Assembly (NCBI GenBank): GCA_963728915.1
Contig: CAVSLV010000001.1
Span: 1,440,001-1,504,000, forward strand
Length of the DNA: 64,000 bases
Direction: 5' to 3'
Source of the DNA: an uncultured Gemmatimonadales bacterium
Lineage (GTDB): Bacteria; Gemmatimonadota; Gemmatimonadetes; Gemmatimonadales; GWC2-71-9
Below are positions 56,802 to 64,000 of this stretch, piece by piece. The notes beneath the pieces are model-generated. The model was not told the DNA's origin. It saw only the letters and a list, made by a program, of their open reading frames with translations, and did not search any database. The translations under genes and the position numbers were made by a program. Every line of letters begins with the position of its first letter. The first letter of the stretch is position 1.

Positions 56802-59560
56802 CGGGATCCCGCAATCGGCATAGTCACCTCGAGACCAAACCGCGCGGCGGGATACAACCGCGGCGTGGTCTGGGCGCCGCCGTAATTGCCCCTCCGATCG
56901 AACGCGTTGAACGCATAGAACGAGAGCCGGCCGCCTGCCGGCAGGGTCTTTGCCACCTGGAGGGAGAAGAGCCAGTCGACCGGGCCCCGCTGCGGGTCCA
57001 CCAGGAGACCGCCGCGCGGGATGCGCAGATCCTGGTACTCCGGCGCGCTCCGTTGCTCGGCAGGAACCGGGACCAGCTCGCCCGAGCGGGTCAGGTATCC
57101 CGCAAAGCTCAGGGAATCGGTGCTGCCCAGGTCCTGCCGGGTTTCCCGGAGGGTGAGCTGAATGGTCCCGGTGATGATCAGACCGGCCGGCGCCTGCTGG
57201 TGTATCAGCCGGGTGGTGAGGAGCAGCCGGTCCCCGGTTCGGATGGTTCCCTCCCAGTAGGGGGTCCGCCGGATGAAACCGGTGAGCTGAAACTCGCTGA
57301 ACGTGAGGGCGCTCCCGAACTCGACCCCGGTATTCTCCACCCTGGTCTTGAGGTACGACCCCGAAACAGCCAGCCGCGTCCCGGTCCCCCGAAGCTCAGG
57401 AAGGATCGCGGTCAGCTCGGCGCCGGTGACCTGCATGGTGAGATTGTTCGAGGGGCGGTCGATCAGCGCCGGCACCGTGTCGGTCGCATAGGGGACCGGT
57501 TCATAGGACGGGGGCCGCCCGGTTGCCCGGGTCGAGTCCACGATCTGGAACAGGTCTCGATACAGCGCGCTGGGTGTCGAGATGGTGCCGACCGCGTCGC
57601 TGGTCCGGTCGCGAAACGCGGTAAATGCCATCTCGGCACGCCCGAGTGACGCTTCGAAGCCGGCCTCCAGCTTCGTGGTGCGGGAGAAGCCCAGCCCGGG
57701 GTTGGTGGGATCGAGGATCCGGGTGGTGAGCACGGCCAGCCGCTCGGCGGGATCGTTGGCGTAGTAGTTGACGTTGACGAGATCGTAGTACTGCGCTTCC
57801 GGATAGAGCTGGGTCAGCGACGGCAGCTTGGCGAGGCGGCCTGCGCCGGCGCGGAGACGCAGCCAGCGCCTCGGAGCGATCTCGATATTGAGGCGCGGCT
57901 GGAGCGCGCTGCTCCGCACTCCCGAGAGCCAGGTGCTTCCCTCGTGCAGCAGATCCATCCGGACCCCGCCCTGGATCGAGATGGTCCCCTCGGAGCCGAG
58001 GCTCCAGGTCTCTCGGTCGTCGAGGTAGAGTCCCGTCGTGACCAGCGGCGGCAGCGAATCGAACCGGCGGGGCCTGTCATAGCCATTCACGCCATTGAAG
58101 GTGGACTGGGGCGGAAACTCGACGTCGAACAGGAGCCCCGGTCCGGCGTTCCATTCCCGGCGCAGCTCGACGCCGGCACGGAAGATTTCGTTGCGGGAAA
58201 GCCGGTGGGGCTGGGCGATCAGCTCGACCCGGTGATAGAGGAATCGAGGATCGCCTTCGACGTCCACCTGCGCGTTGTACACCCCCCCGATGAACTTGCC
58301 GACCTGGGTGCCTTCGGTGAGGCGATTGGTGAACGGCTCCGCCGCGCGGAGGAGGTTGTTGCGGCTCATCGAACGCTGGCGGGTTAACTCGAAAGCGCCG
58401 GTCCATTCCACCCGGCTGGAGCTCCCCAGGCCGAAGCGGGCCCGCTCCGACACCCGGATGGCGCGGTCCCGGCTGTGGGATTCGATCCCGGGGAACTGGT
58501 CCACTTCGGGTATATCCTGGACGAGCTGATAGCCATCGAGCCGGGTATCGAGTGTGACCCGTCCCCGTTCGTAACGATGGGCAAGCTGGGCGGCGAACCG
58601 GTAGCTCGCGTCATCGGTGCGGCCGGGCGCGACCCTGGTCCGGGTGACGTCGAAGCTGCCGCTCCCGGTCTGCTTCGCCGAAAATCCGGAGCCGCCGACC
58701 AGGCTCGCTTGGATGCTCCGGGGATCGGCGAGCGCCTGCACTTCGGGATTGATGCGGCCAGCTCGGGTTTCGACGAGGATGGCCCCCTGGGACAGGTCGC
58801 CGAAGCGCGCCGAGGGGACCCCGCGGATCACCTCGACCCGCTCGATGGTAGAGGCGGGGATCCGGCGGAGGTCGATGCCACCGCCCGCGGAGGTCGCGAA
58901 GGCAAGCTCTCCGCGGGGGCCGAGGGTTTGCAGGTTTGCGTTGTTCGAGGCGGGAACGCCGTCGAGCACGATCTGGGTACCGAAAGAGGCCAGCTCGCCG
59001 GCATTCGGCTGGCTGGCCCCGACGCTGGTGGCGTTCCCCGGCGAGACGGGAATTCCCCGAAGGCCGAATTGCTGGACCGACTCGAGCCCGGGCGGCTGAA
59101 GCACGACACCAGGGAGCAGCTCGAGGATACCCTGAAGCGAGGTGGCGGCCTGATTGCGAATGGCTTCCCGGTCGATCACCGATGCGGTCCCGAGTTCTCC
59201 GGTGGCACGGCTGATCGGGTCCGCGGTGACCGTGACCCCCGGAAGGTTGAGCGCGCTCCGGGTCATCAGGAGATCGACCACCAGCGTCCCGGAAGGCGGT
59301 ATGACGACGGACTGTCGAGAGGGGGCGTAGCCGATCCGGATCACCCGGAGGACCTGCGGACCGGGAGGCACGTTCTGGAGTTGGTAGCGACCTTCGTTGT
59401 CAGAATTGGTGGAGAGCGTGAAGCCCTCGATCGAGACGGTCGCCTGCCCCAGGGGGGCTCGGGAATCGAGGTCCAGCACCCGCCCGCTGACGGCTGGGCC
59501 CTGGGCCAGGAGAGAACCGGCACCCGCGCCCAACCACAGCAGCGCGAGTGCCCGCTTCAC
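56798..59560 (-). CDS. TonB-dependent receptor with an N-terminal carboxypeptidase-regulatory-like domain
   Basis: VSGRVLD...GRYQL; plug ELLPGV...VLDGVP...IERVEVIRGVPSARFGD; barrel ending FGLEVT. Confidence 0.92.
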   Translation of the reverse strand: MKRALALLWLGAGAGSLLAQGPAVSGRVLDLDSRAPLGQATVSIEGFTLSTNSDNEGRYQLQNVPPGPQVLRVIRIGYAPSRQSVVIPPSGTLVVDLLMTRSALNLPGVTVTADPISRATGELGTASVIDREAIRNQAATSLQGILELLPGVVLQPPGLESVQQFGLRGIPVSPGNATSVGASQPNAGELASFGTQIVLDGVPASNNANLQTLGPRGELAFATSAGGGIDLRRIPASTIERVEVIRGVPSARFGDLSQGAILVETRAGRINPEVQALADPRSIQASLVGGSGFSAKQTGSGSFDVTRTRVAPGRTDDASYRFAAQLAHRYERGRVTLDTRLDGYQLVQDIPEVDQFPGIESHSRDRAIRVSERARFGLGSSSRVEWTGAFELTRQRSMSRNNLLRAAEPFTNRLTEGTQVGKFIGGVYNAQVDVEGDPRFLYHRVELIAQPHRLSRNEIFRAGVELRREWNAGPGLLFDVEFPPQSTFNGVNGYDRPRRFDSLPPLVTTGLYLDDRETWSLGSEGTISIQGGVRMDLLHEGSTWLSGVRSSALQPRLNIEIAPRRWLRLRAGAGRLAKLPSLTQLYPEAQYYDLVNVNYYANDPAERLAVLTTRILDPTNPGLGFSRTTKLEAGFEASLGRAEMAFTAFRDRTSDAVGTISTPSALYRDLFQIVDSTRATGRPPSYEPVPYATDTVPALIDRPSNNLTMQVTGAELTAILPELRGTGTRLAVSGSYLKTRVENTGVEFGSALTFSEFQLTGFIRRTPYWEGTIRTGDRLLLTTRLIHQQAPAGLIITGTIQLTLRETRQDLGSTDSLSFAGYLTRSGELVPVPAEQRSAPEYQDLRIPRGGLLVDPQRGPVDWLFSLQVAKTLPAGGRLSFYAFNAFDRRGNYGGAQTTPRLYPAARFGLEVTMPIAGSR

Positions 59561-59690
59561 CGATTGGCTCTTTCGGTTATCAGGCGTTTGAAGGCCTCCG
59601 CCAGCACGGGATCAGCTAGCTGTTCGGCAATCCAAGCTCCCACGCGATAACAGTGAGGCTGCTTCCCCGATCGCGCAAGGTTTGCACCCC
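59557..59690 (-). pseudogene. Remnant of an AraC-like HTH regulator gene (truncated, internally deleted)
   Basis: Close nucleotide match to 62243-62450 but missing about 73 nt and the 5' part; its TGA overlaps the TBDR GTG. Confidence 0.75.
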
Positions 59691-59829
59691 TCCTATTGGC
59701 GGGGCCGGGTTGGAGGGAAATGGAAAGTCCGTTCATTCCAGCAGGGTTCAGCGATCACTTCCGATTCGGAGCTTTCGCAGTTCATGAGACGTCGTAGTTT
59801 GGGATTTCGATTGTGAAGCGAATGGTTCA

Positions 59830-60456
59830 ATGGATTCCCCGCGTCGGCCGTACTCGTTCGTGCTGGTCTTTGCGCTCCTCGTGGCGGTGGGACTCGTGGT
59901 GTGGCTTTCCCTGCGACAGGTCGAGGTGAACAAGGCCTACGCCGAGCTCCGGCGGCTCGCAACTCAACCACATGAAGGCTATGCGGTTCCCGGCTTTGTG
60001 GCGCAGACCATCACGGGGGACACGCTCACGATCGGCGAAGGCGGTTCCCTGGAGGACCGTACGATTCTGTTTGTCCTCACGACGACCTGCCCGTACTGCC
60101 TGGCCACTCTGCCGGTGTGGACTTCGCTGGCCGACTCGGTGGAACGGAGTGGCGTCGTGCGGGTCGTTGCGCTGGCCCTCGATTCGGTCGAGGCGGTGCG
60201 CCGATACGCCGCAGCTCATCACCTGCTCTTTCGAATGGCAACATTCCCATCCGAAAAGCTGCGGCGGCTCTATCGCGCCGGTTCGGTGCCCCAAACGGTG
60301 GTGCTCGATGGAGCGGGGACGGTCCGGTATGCCCATATCGGGATGCTCAAGCCGGGACCGAAGCTCGATTCGGTGTACTTGGCCCTCAAGCCGATTGGCC
60401 ATGAGGGCCTTTCTGCCAGCTCTGCGAAGCGGAGTCTGGATTCAATCCCCAAGTAG
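59830..60456 (+). CDS. Membrane-anchored thioredoxin-fold thiol-disulfide oxidoreductase (TlpA/ResA-like), copy 1
   Basis: N-terminal TM; TTTCPYC; cis-Pro loop SVPQTVVLD. Confidence 0.85.
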   Translation: MDSPRRPYSFVLVFALLVAVGLVVWLSLRQVEVNKAYAELRRLATQPHEGYAVPGFVAQTITGDTLTIGEGGSLEDRTILFVLTTTCPYCLATLPVWTSLADSVERSGVVRVVALALDSVEAVRRYAAAHHLLFRMATFPSEKLRRLYRAGSVPQTVVLDGAGTVRYAHIGMLKPGPKLDSVYLALKPIGHEGLSASSAKRSLDSIPK

Positions 60457-60467
60457 AGGAGGAAACC

Positions 60468-60720
60468 ATGTCAAAGAAAAGCGAGCAGGATCTCGGGATG
60501 GATCGTTGGAACAGCGGTCACGGCGGCATTGGCGTTTGGGCTGAGCGTCGCGACTGCCAAACCGGCATCGGCATTGACTTGTCCCGATGACGGGTGGACT
60601 TGGCTGGGTCAGCAGCCGGACGCGGAGACCTGCGACAATCTTTGTAAGGCAATCCACGGAGATCCGGAGGCGGTGGGCCACTGGTATCCAGCCACGGGAT
60701 GCTGCGTCTGTCTGTACTGA
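60468..60720 (+). CDS. Secreted 6-Cys peptide, copy 1 (one extra A at 60477-60480 relative to copy 2)
   Basis: RBS GAGGAGG; signal peptide ending ASA; mature LTCPDDGWTWLGQQPDAETCDNLCKAIHGDPEAVGHWYPATGCCVCLY. Confidence 0.8.
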
Positions 60721-60734
60721 CTTCCAGCGAATGC

Positions 60735-60769
60735 CGCCTCTCCCCTGAAGATTATCGGGGGGAGAGGCG
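60735..60769. terminator. GC-rich hairpin between convergent genes
   Basis: CGCCTCTCCC...GGGAGAGGCG. Confidence 0.55.
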
Positions 60770-60784
60770 CCCCGTTGGCCAGTA

Positions 60785-62029
60785 TCACCGCACGAGGCCA
60801 GGAGTGCGGGAGGTCCGCACGAAGTCAGCAGCACTGCTCCGAGTCCACTGTAGAATCGGCCTGCCAAACCCGAGAGCCTGAGCCTCGACTCGGGACGCTG
60901 AGTGTAGAAATTCGACGTTCTCGTTCCACCCGTTCATCGCCTGGTCAAAGGAAGCGCGATCCAGACCGGCATTAATGAGGCGCGGACACCGGGGCCACAA
61001 GGGGACCCATCCAGACCACACCGAAACGACGTCAACTAGCAGCGACCGGTCCACCCGAATCCATTCCTTCCCGGCGGAAACGACGGCTCGTGGTGCAGTG
61101 GAACGGTTGTAGGGGCGCGCCAAGGCGAGGATCGACTCATACGTCGGTGCATGACCGGTCAGGGGGGACGCCAGAGACAAGGTATCAATCATGTTCGGGA
61201 CTGCGGGATTGTCGACGTCTCCCGAGCCACCATAGAACTCGAAATCGGCGCTTCTCAGGTCGAGTCCTCCCTGGATGATCGCGGTATGATCGATGGCGTC
61301 CTGGGCCACCACGACAGTGCCGCCCGGGGGAACCGGATGGTCACGACCTCGGCCGGGGAATTGCTGTACTTGCCGCGTCCAGATCCCGTCGGCATCGTTC
61401 GAATACGGTGCAAAAAACGCGCAGTTGTCGCCCTGAGAGTCATAGGCCCAGGCCAGTCCATCCACGATCGTGAGACCATCGAGATAGAGGGTCGTGTCAG
61501 CGTTATTGAGCAGCTCGACAAAGCCACCGTAGTAGTAGGTCTGGGTCACCGGTGGGATTGCCGCATAATTGAAGTACCACTCGCTGATTACAAACCCGTG
61601 CTTGCGACTAGCCAGTACCCGCACCGCAATCTCGCCAGAACCAGCCGCGACACTCGTCCTCGTTACCCACCCCAGAACGTCTTCCAAGGCAGGAAGCCGG
61701 CTCCGCTCCTCCGGGGTGAGCCACCTTCGTACGTCCACCCAGTAGGTCACCCCGGCCACCAAGTCTGACAAATTCACCACCCCAGTCTCGTTCCCCATCA
61801 CCACGCGTGGCGGCGCACTCGAATCGACCGGTGTCACCGTCACCTCGGCATCGGGAATCCCTGCTTCCCACCCAAGGGCTTGGGCCGCCGCCAGATCTTC
61901 TGTTTCCGGAAGGAACCGCAGTGAGGTCGGGCCGGCGGGTGGGGGAGGTGGCGGGTCAATCAGGGTGACCCCACCTCCGCAACCGGCGGCCAGCACCAGG
62001 ATCATGGGCAGGGGGTTCCGGCACATCAT
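60785..62029 (-). CDS. Surface lipoprotein, DUF4876-like
   Basis: Lipobox LAAGC; VISEWYF; FVELLNN.DTTLYLDGL; FPGRG.D.PV.PG; AQDAIDH; DLRSADFE; DVDNPAVPNM; family name recalled, not searched. Confidence 0.8.
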   Translation of the reverse strand: MMCRNPLPMILVLAAGCGGGVTLIDPPPPPPAGPTSLRFLPETEDLAAAQALGWEAGIPDAEVTVTPVDSSAPPRVVMGNETGVVNLSDLVAGVTYWVDVRRWLTPEERSRLPALEDVLGWVTRTSVAAGSGEIAVRVLASRKHGFVISEWYFNYAAIPPVTQTYYYGGFVELLNNADTTLYLDGLTIVDGLAWAYDSQGDNCAFFAPYSNDADGIWTRQVQQFPGRGRDHPVPPGGTVVVAQDAIDHTAIIQGGLDLRSADFEFYGGSGDVDNPAVPNMIDTLSLASPLTGHAPTYESILALARPYNRSTAPRAVVSAGKEWIRVDRSLLVDVVSVWSGWVPLWPRCPRLINAGLDRASFDQAMNGWNENVEFLHSASRVEAQALGFGRPILQWTRSSAADFVRTSRTPGLVR

Positions 62030-62242
62030 TGCATCCTACGACTTGCCCCTGCCGCGGACAAGCACCGAATCGGAATGGCCTCCTGACTTGCTCCATCAGG
62101 TGTTATCCGGTGCCAGATCGACATGGTTAGGTAGCGCAGACCGTGCGATCGCTACGGGTTGGGAACCGGAAGCGTTCCCGGGAAACAGTCGGTTCGGGCG
62201 AATTCCGCTTCACTGTCTCGGGTCGATTCGCAGGTCCGCCCT

Positions 62243-62722
62243 TCACGGATTGGCTCTTCCCGAAATCAGGCGTTTGAAGGCCTCCGCCAGGGCGTGATCA
62301 GCCTGTTCGGCGCTCCAGCGACGAATCATTGTGGGTTTCGTGGAGAGCACCCGGCGAATCATTCGCCGGAGTGCATAGCTGTTCGACAATCCAAGCTCCC
62401 ACGCGATAACAGTGAGGCTGGCTCGCCGATCGCGCAAGGCTTGCACGCCCCGATAGACCAGACACCACGCCAGGAGCTCGTGAGCCCGGGGGAGGTGCTC
62501 GTGCTTCAGCCGGTCCGCCAACGCCCGCGGAGTGACCTGCAATCGCGCGGCGAGCTCCGCCACCCGCGGAGGCGCTACCTCCGGGTTCAGGCCGTATTCG
62601 ACGACGCCGGCCAGCAATGGGGTCGGTTTGAAAAGAAATGCAAACTCCGGAAGGTGGTCACCCATCGAATCCCTGCCAGGCAAATGCTCGCGCCCCGGCA
62701 AATCGCAGCAATTCCCGGACAA
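62243..62722 (-). CDS. AraC-like helix-turn-helix regulator (DNA-binding domain only; start may be 62665)
   Basis: VAELAARLQVTPRAL...IAWELGLSNSYALRRMIRR...P. Confidence 0.75.
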   Translation of the reverse strand: MSGNCCDLPGREHLPGRDSMGDHLPEFAFLFKPTPLLAGVVEYGLNPEVAPPRVAELAARLQVTPRALADRLKHEHLPRAHELLAWCLVYRGVQALRDRRASLTVIAWELGLSNSYALRRMIRRVLSTKPTMIRRWSAEQADHALAEAFKRLISGRANP

Positions 62723-62847
62723 GACATTAGCGACTTACCTGAGCTCGTTCAGTCGAGCAGGGATTCAGCGGATCACTTCCGATTCGGAGCTTTCGCGGTT
62801 CACGAGTGGGCGTAGTTTGGGATTTCGATTGTGAAGCGAATGGTTCA

Positions 62848-63474
62848 ATGGATTCCCCGCGTCGGCCGTACTCGTTCGTGCTGGTCTTTGCGCTCCTCGT
62901 GGCGGTGGGACTCGTGGTGTGGCTTTCCCTGCGACAGGTCGAGGTGAACAAGGCCTACGCCGAGCTCCGGCGGCTCGCAACTCAACCACATGAAGGCTAT
63001 GCGGTTCCCGGCTTTGTGGCGCAGACCATCACGGGGGACACGCTCACGATCGGCGAAGGCGGTTCCCTGGAGGACCGTACGATTCTGTTTGTCCTCACGA
63101 CGACCTGCCCGTACTGCCTGGCCACTCTGCCGGTGTGGACTTCGCTGGTCGACTCGGTGGAGCGGAGTGGCGTCGTGCGGGTCGTTGCGCTGGCACTCGA
63201 TTCGGTCGAGGCGGTGCGCCGATACGCCGCAGCTCATCACCTGCTCTTTCGAATTGCAACCTTCCCATCCGAAAAGCTGCGGCGGCTCTATCGCGCCGGT
63301 TCGGTGCCCCAAACGGTGGTGCTCGATGGAGCGGGGACGGTCCGGTATGCCCATGTCGGGATGCTCAAGACGGGACCGAAGCTCGATTCGGTGTACTTGG
63401 CCCTCAAGCCGATTGTCCACGAGGGCCCTTCTGCCAGCTCCGCGCAGCGGAGTCTGGATTCAATCCCCAAGTAG
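62848..63474 (+). CDS. Membrane-anchored thioredoxin-fold oxidoreductase, copy 2
   Basis: CPYC; 7 of 208 residues differ from copy 1 (manual count). Confidence 0.85.
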   Translation: MDSPRRPYSFVLVFALLVAVGLVVWLSLRQVEVNKAYAELRRLATQPHEGYAVPGFVAQTITGDTLTIGEGGSLEDRTILFVLTTTCPYCLATLPVWTSLVDSVERSGVVRVVALALDSVEAVRRYAAAHHLLFRIATFPSEKLRRLYRAGSVPQTVVLDGAGTVRYAHVGMLKTGPKLDSVYLALKPIVHEGPSASSAQRSLDSIPK

Positions 63475-63485
63475 AGGAGGAAACC

Positions 63486-63737
63486 ATGTCAAAGAGAGGG
63501 AGCAGAATCTCGGGATGGATCGTTGGAACCGCGGTCACGGCGGCGTTGGCGTTCGGGCTCAGCGTCGCGACTGCCAAGCCAGCGTCGGCATTGACCTGCC
63601 CCGATGATGGGTGGAACTGGGTGGGCGAGCAGCCAGATCCTGAAACCTGCACCAACGTCTGTCAAACGGCTCACGGGAACGATCCCGAGGTGGTCGGGCA
63701 CTTGTACCCAAATGGGTGCTGCGCCTGCCTCTATTAG
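63486..63737 (+). CDS. Secreted 6-Cys peptide, copy 2 (83 aa precursor)
   Basis: RBS GAGGAGG; MSKRGSRISGWIVGTAVTAALAFGLSVATAKPASA | LTCPDDGWNWVGEQPDPETCTNVCQTAHGNDPEVVGHLYPNGCCACLY. Confidence 0.88.
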   Translation: MSKRGSRISGWIVGTAVTAALAFGLSVATAKPASALTCPDDGWNWVGEQPDPETCTNVCQTAHGNDPEVVGHLYPNGCCACLY

Positions 63738-63753
63738 CCGCTGGCCGACGCCA

Positions 63754-63788
63754 CCTGCCGCCTGTCTCGATTTGAGAGGGGCGGCAGG
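63754..63788. terminator. Hairpin between convergent genes
   Basis: CCTGCCGCC...GGCGGCAGG. Confidence 0.55.
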
Positions 63789-63807
63789 GAGGCCGGTTGC
63801 GAGCCGT

Positions 63808-64000
63808 TCAAGGGACTAAACCGGGCGTACGAAGGGTACGGTGAAAATCCACCGCGCTGTTTTTGGTCCACTGCAGGATCGTTGGTCCGAGGACACCAGC
63901 GGGAACCGGCAGTCGGGAGATAGAGTGCAGGAATTCGACATTCTCATCGTACCCCTCCATCCGCCGATCGAATGGTGAGCTGTCGAACAGGGGGTTGATC
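63808..64000 (-). CDS. 3' end of a second DUF4876-like lipoprotein paralog (partial)
   Basis: Manual translation INPLFDSSPFDRRMEGYDENVEFLHSISRLPVPAGVLGPTILQWTKNSAVDFHRTLRTPGLVP* aligns with the C-terminus of 60785..62029. Confidence 0.85.
   Translation of the reverse strand, partial: INPLFDSSPFDRRMEGYDENVEFLHSISRLPVPAGVLGPTILQWTKNSAVDFHRTLRTPGLVP

Larger units (their letters stand above)
59742..60720 (+). repeat. Copy 1 of the duplicated promoter-thioredoxin-peptide segment
   Basis: Near-identical to 62758-63737; offset 3018 bp between the two thioredoxin ATGs. Confidence 0.95.
62758..63737 (+). repeat. Copy 2 of the duplicated promoter-thioredoxin-peptide segment
   Basis: Near-identical to 59742-60720. 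Confidence 0.95.

Noticed and set aside
60477..60480. Peptide copy 1 as a true pseudogene
   Set aside because: A single extra A in a short run, with RBS, signal peptide and all six Cys preserved; likely an error, but cannot be settled without reads.
59742..63737. Duplication as an assembly artefact or IS-mediated repeat
   Set aside because: The copies differ by many substitutions and carry distinct peptides and lipoproteins; no transposase or terminal inverted repeats seen.
60468..63737. Peptides as lanthipeptide, ranthipeptide or other RiPP precursors
   Set aside because: They have Sec signal peptides, and no modifying enzymes other than a thiol-disulfide oxidoreductase are in view.

Overview
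High-GC bacterial DNA whose gene content and style suggest Gemmatimonadota (an inference, not a database result). Left to right: (1) tandem small PspB-like membrane proteins behind an ECF-type promoter; (2) uvrA; (3) a TPR / degenerate transglutaminase / ABC transporter operon; (4) two exported proteins ending in a similar Cys-stapled hydrophobic hairpin, plus a coupled membrane protein; (5) a ~26 kb respiratory island with ccmEFH, a porin-multiheme cytochrome operon (about 45 heme motifs), a Ni transporter, a group 1 membrane-bound [NiFe]-hydrogenase with hypABFCDE, glpK and nirK; (6) housekeeping genes (recF, dciA, gyrB, deoA, ligA, tldD/pmbA, acyl-CoA synthetase, bactofilin); (7) a PTPS-folE-SDR pterin operon and a vapBC pair; (8) a TonB-dependent receptor locus followed by a ~3.0 kb tandem cassette. 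Best novelty candidates: (a) the tandem cassette, which pairs a dedicated thioredoxin-fold protein and a secreted acidic 6-Cys peptide with a diverging DUF4876-like surface lipoprotein next to a shared TonB receptor; (b) a two-gene (split) HypX-like formyltransferase + crotonase pair in the hyp operon; (c) the porin-cytochrome conduit beside an uptake hydrogenase; (d) a Tat-lipoprotein / Cys-hairpin toxin-immunity-like module. Many genes between 1 and 34 kb carry single-base frameshifts, often in homopolymers. These look like long-read indel errors, so those coordinates are reconstructed across frames.
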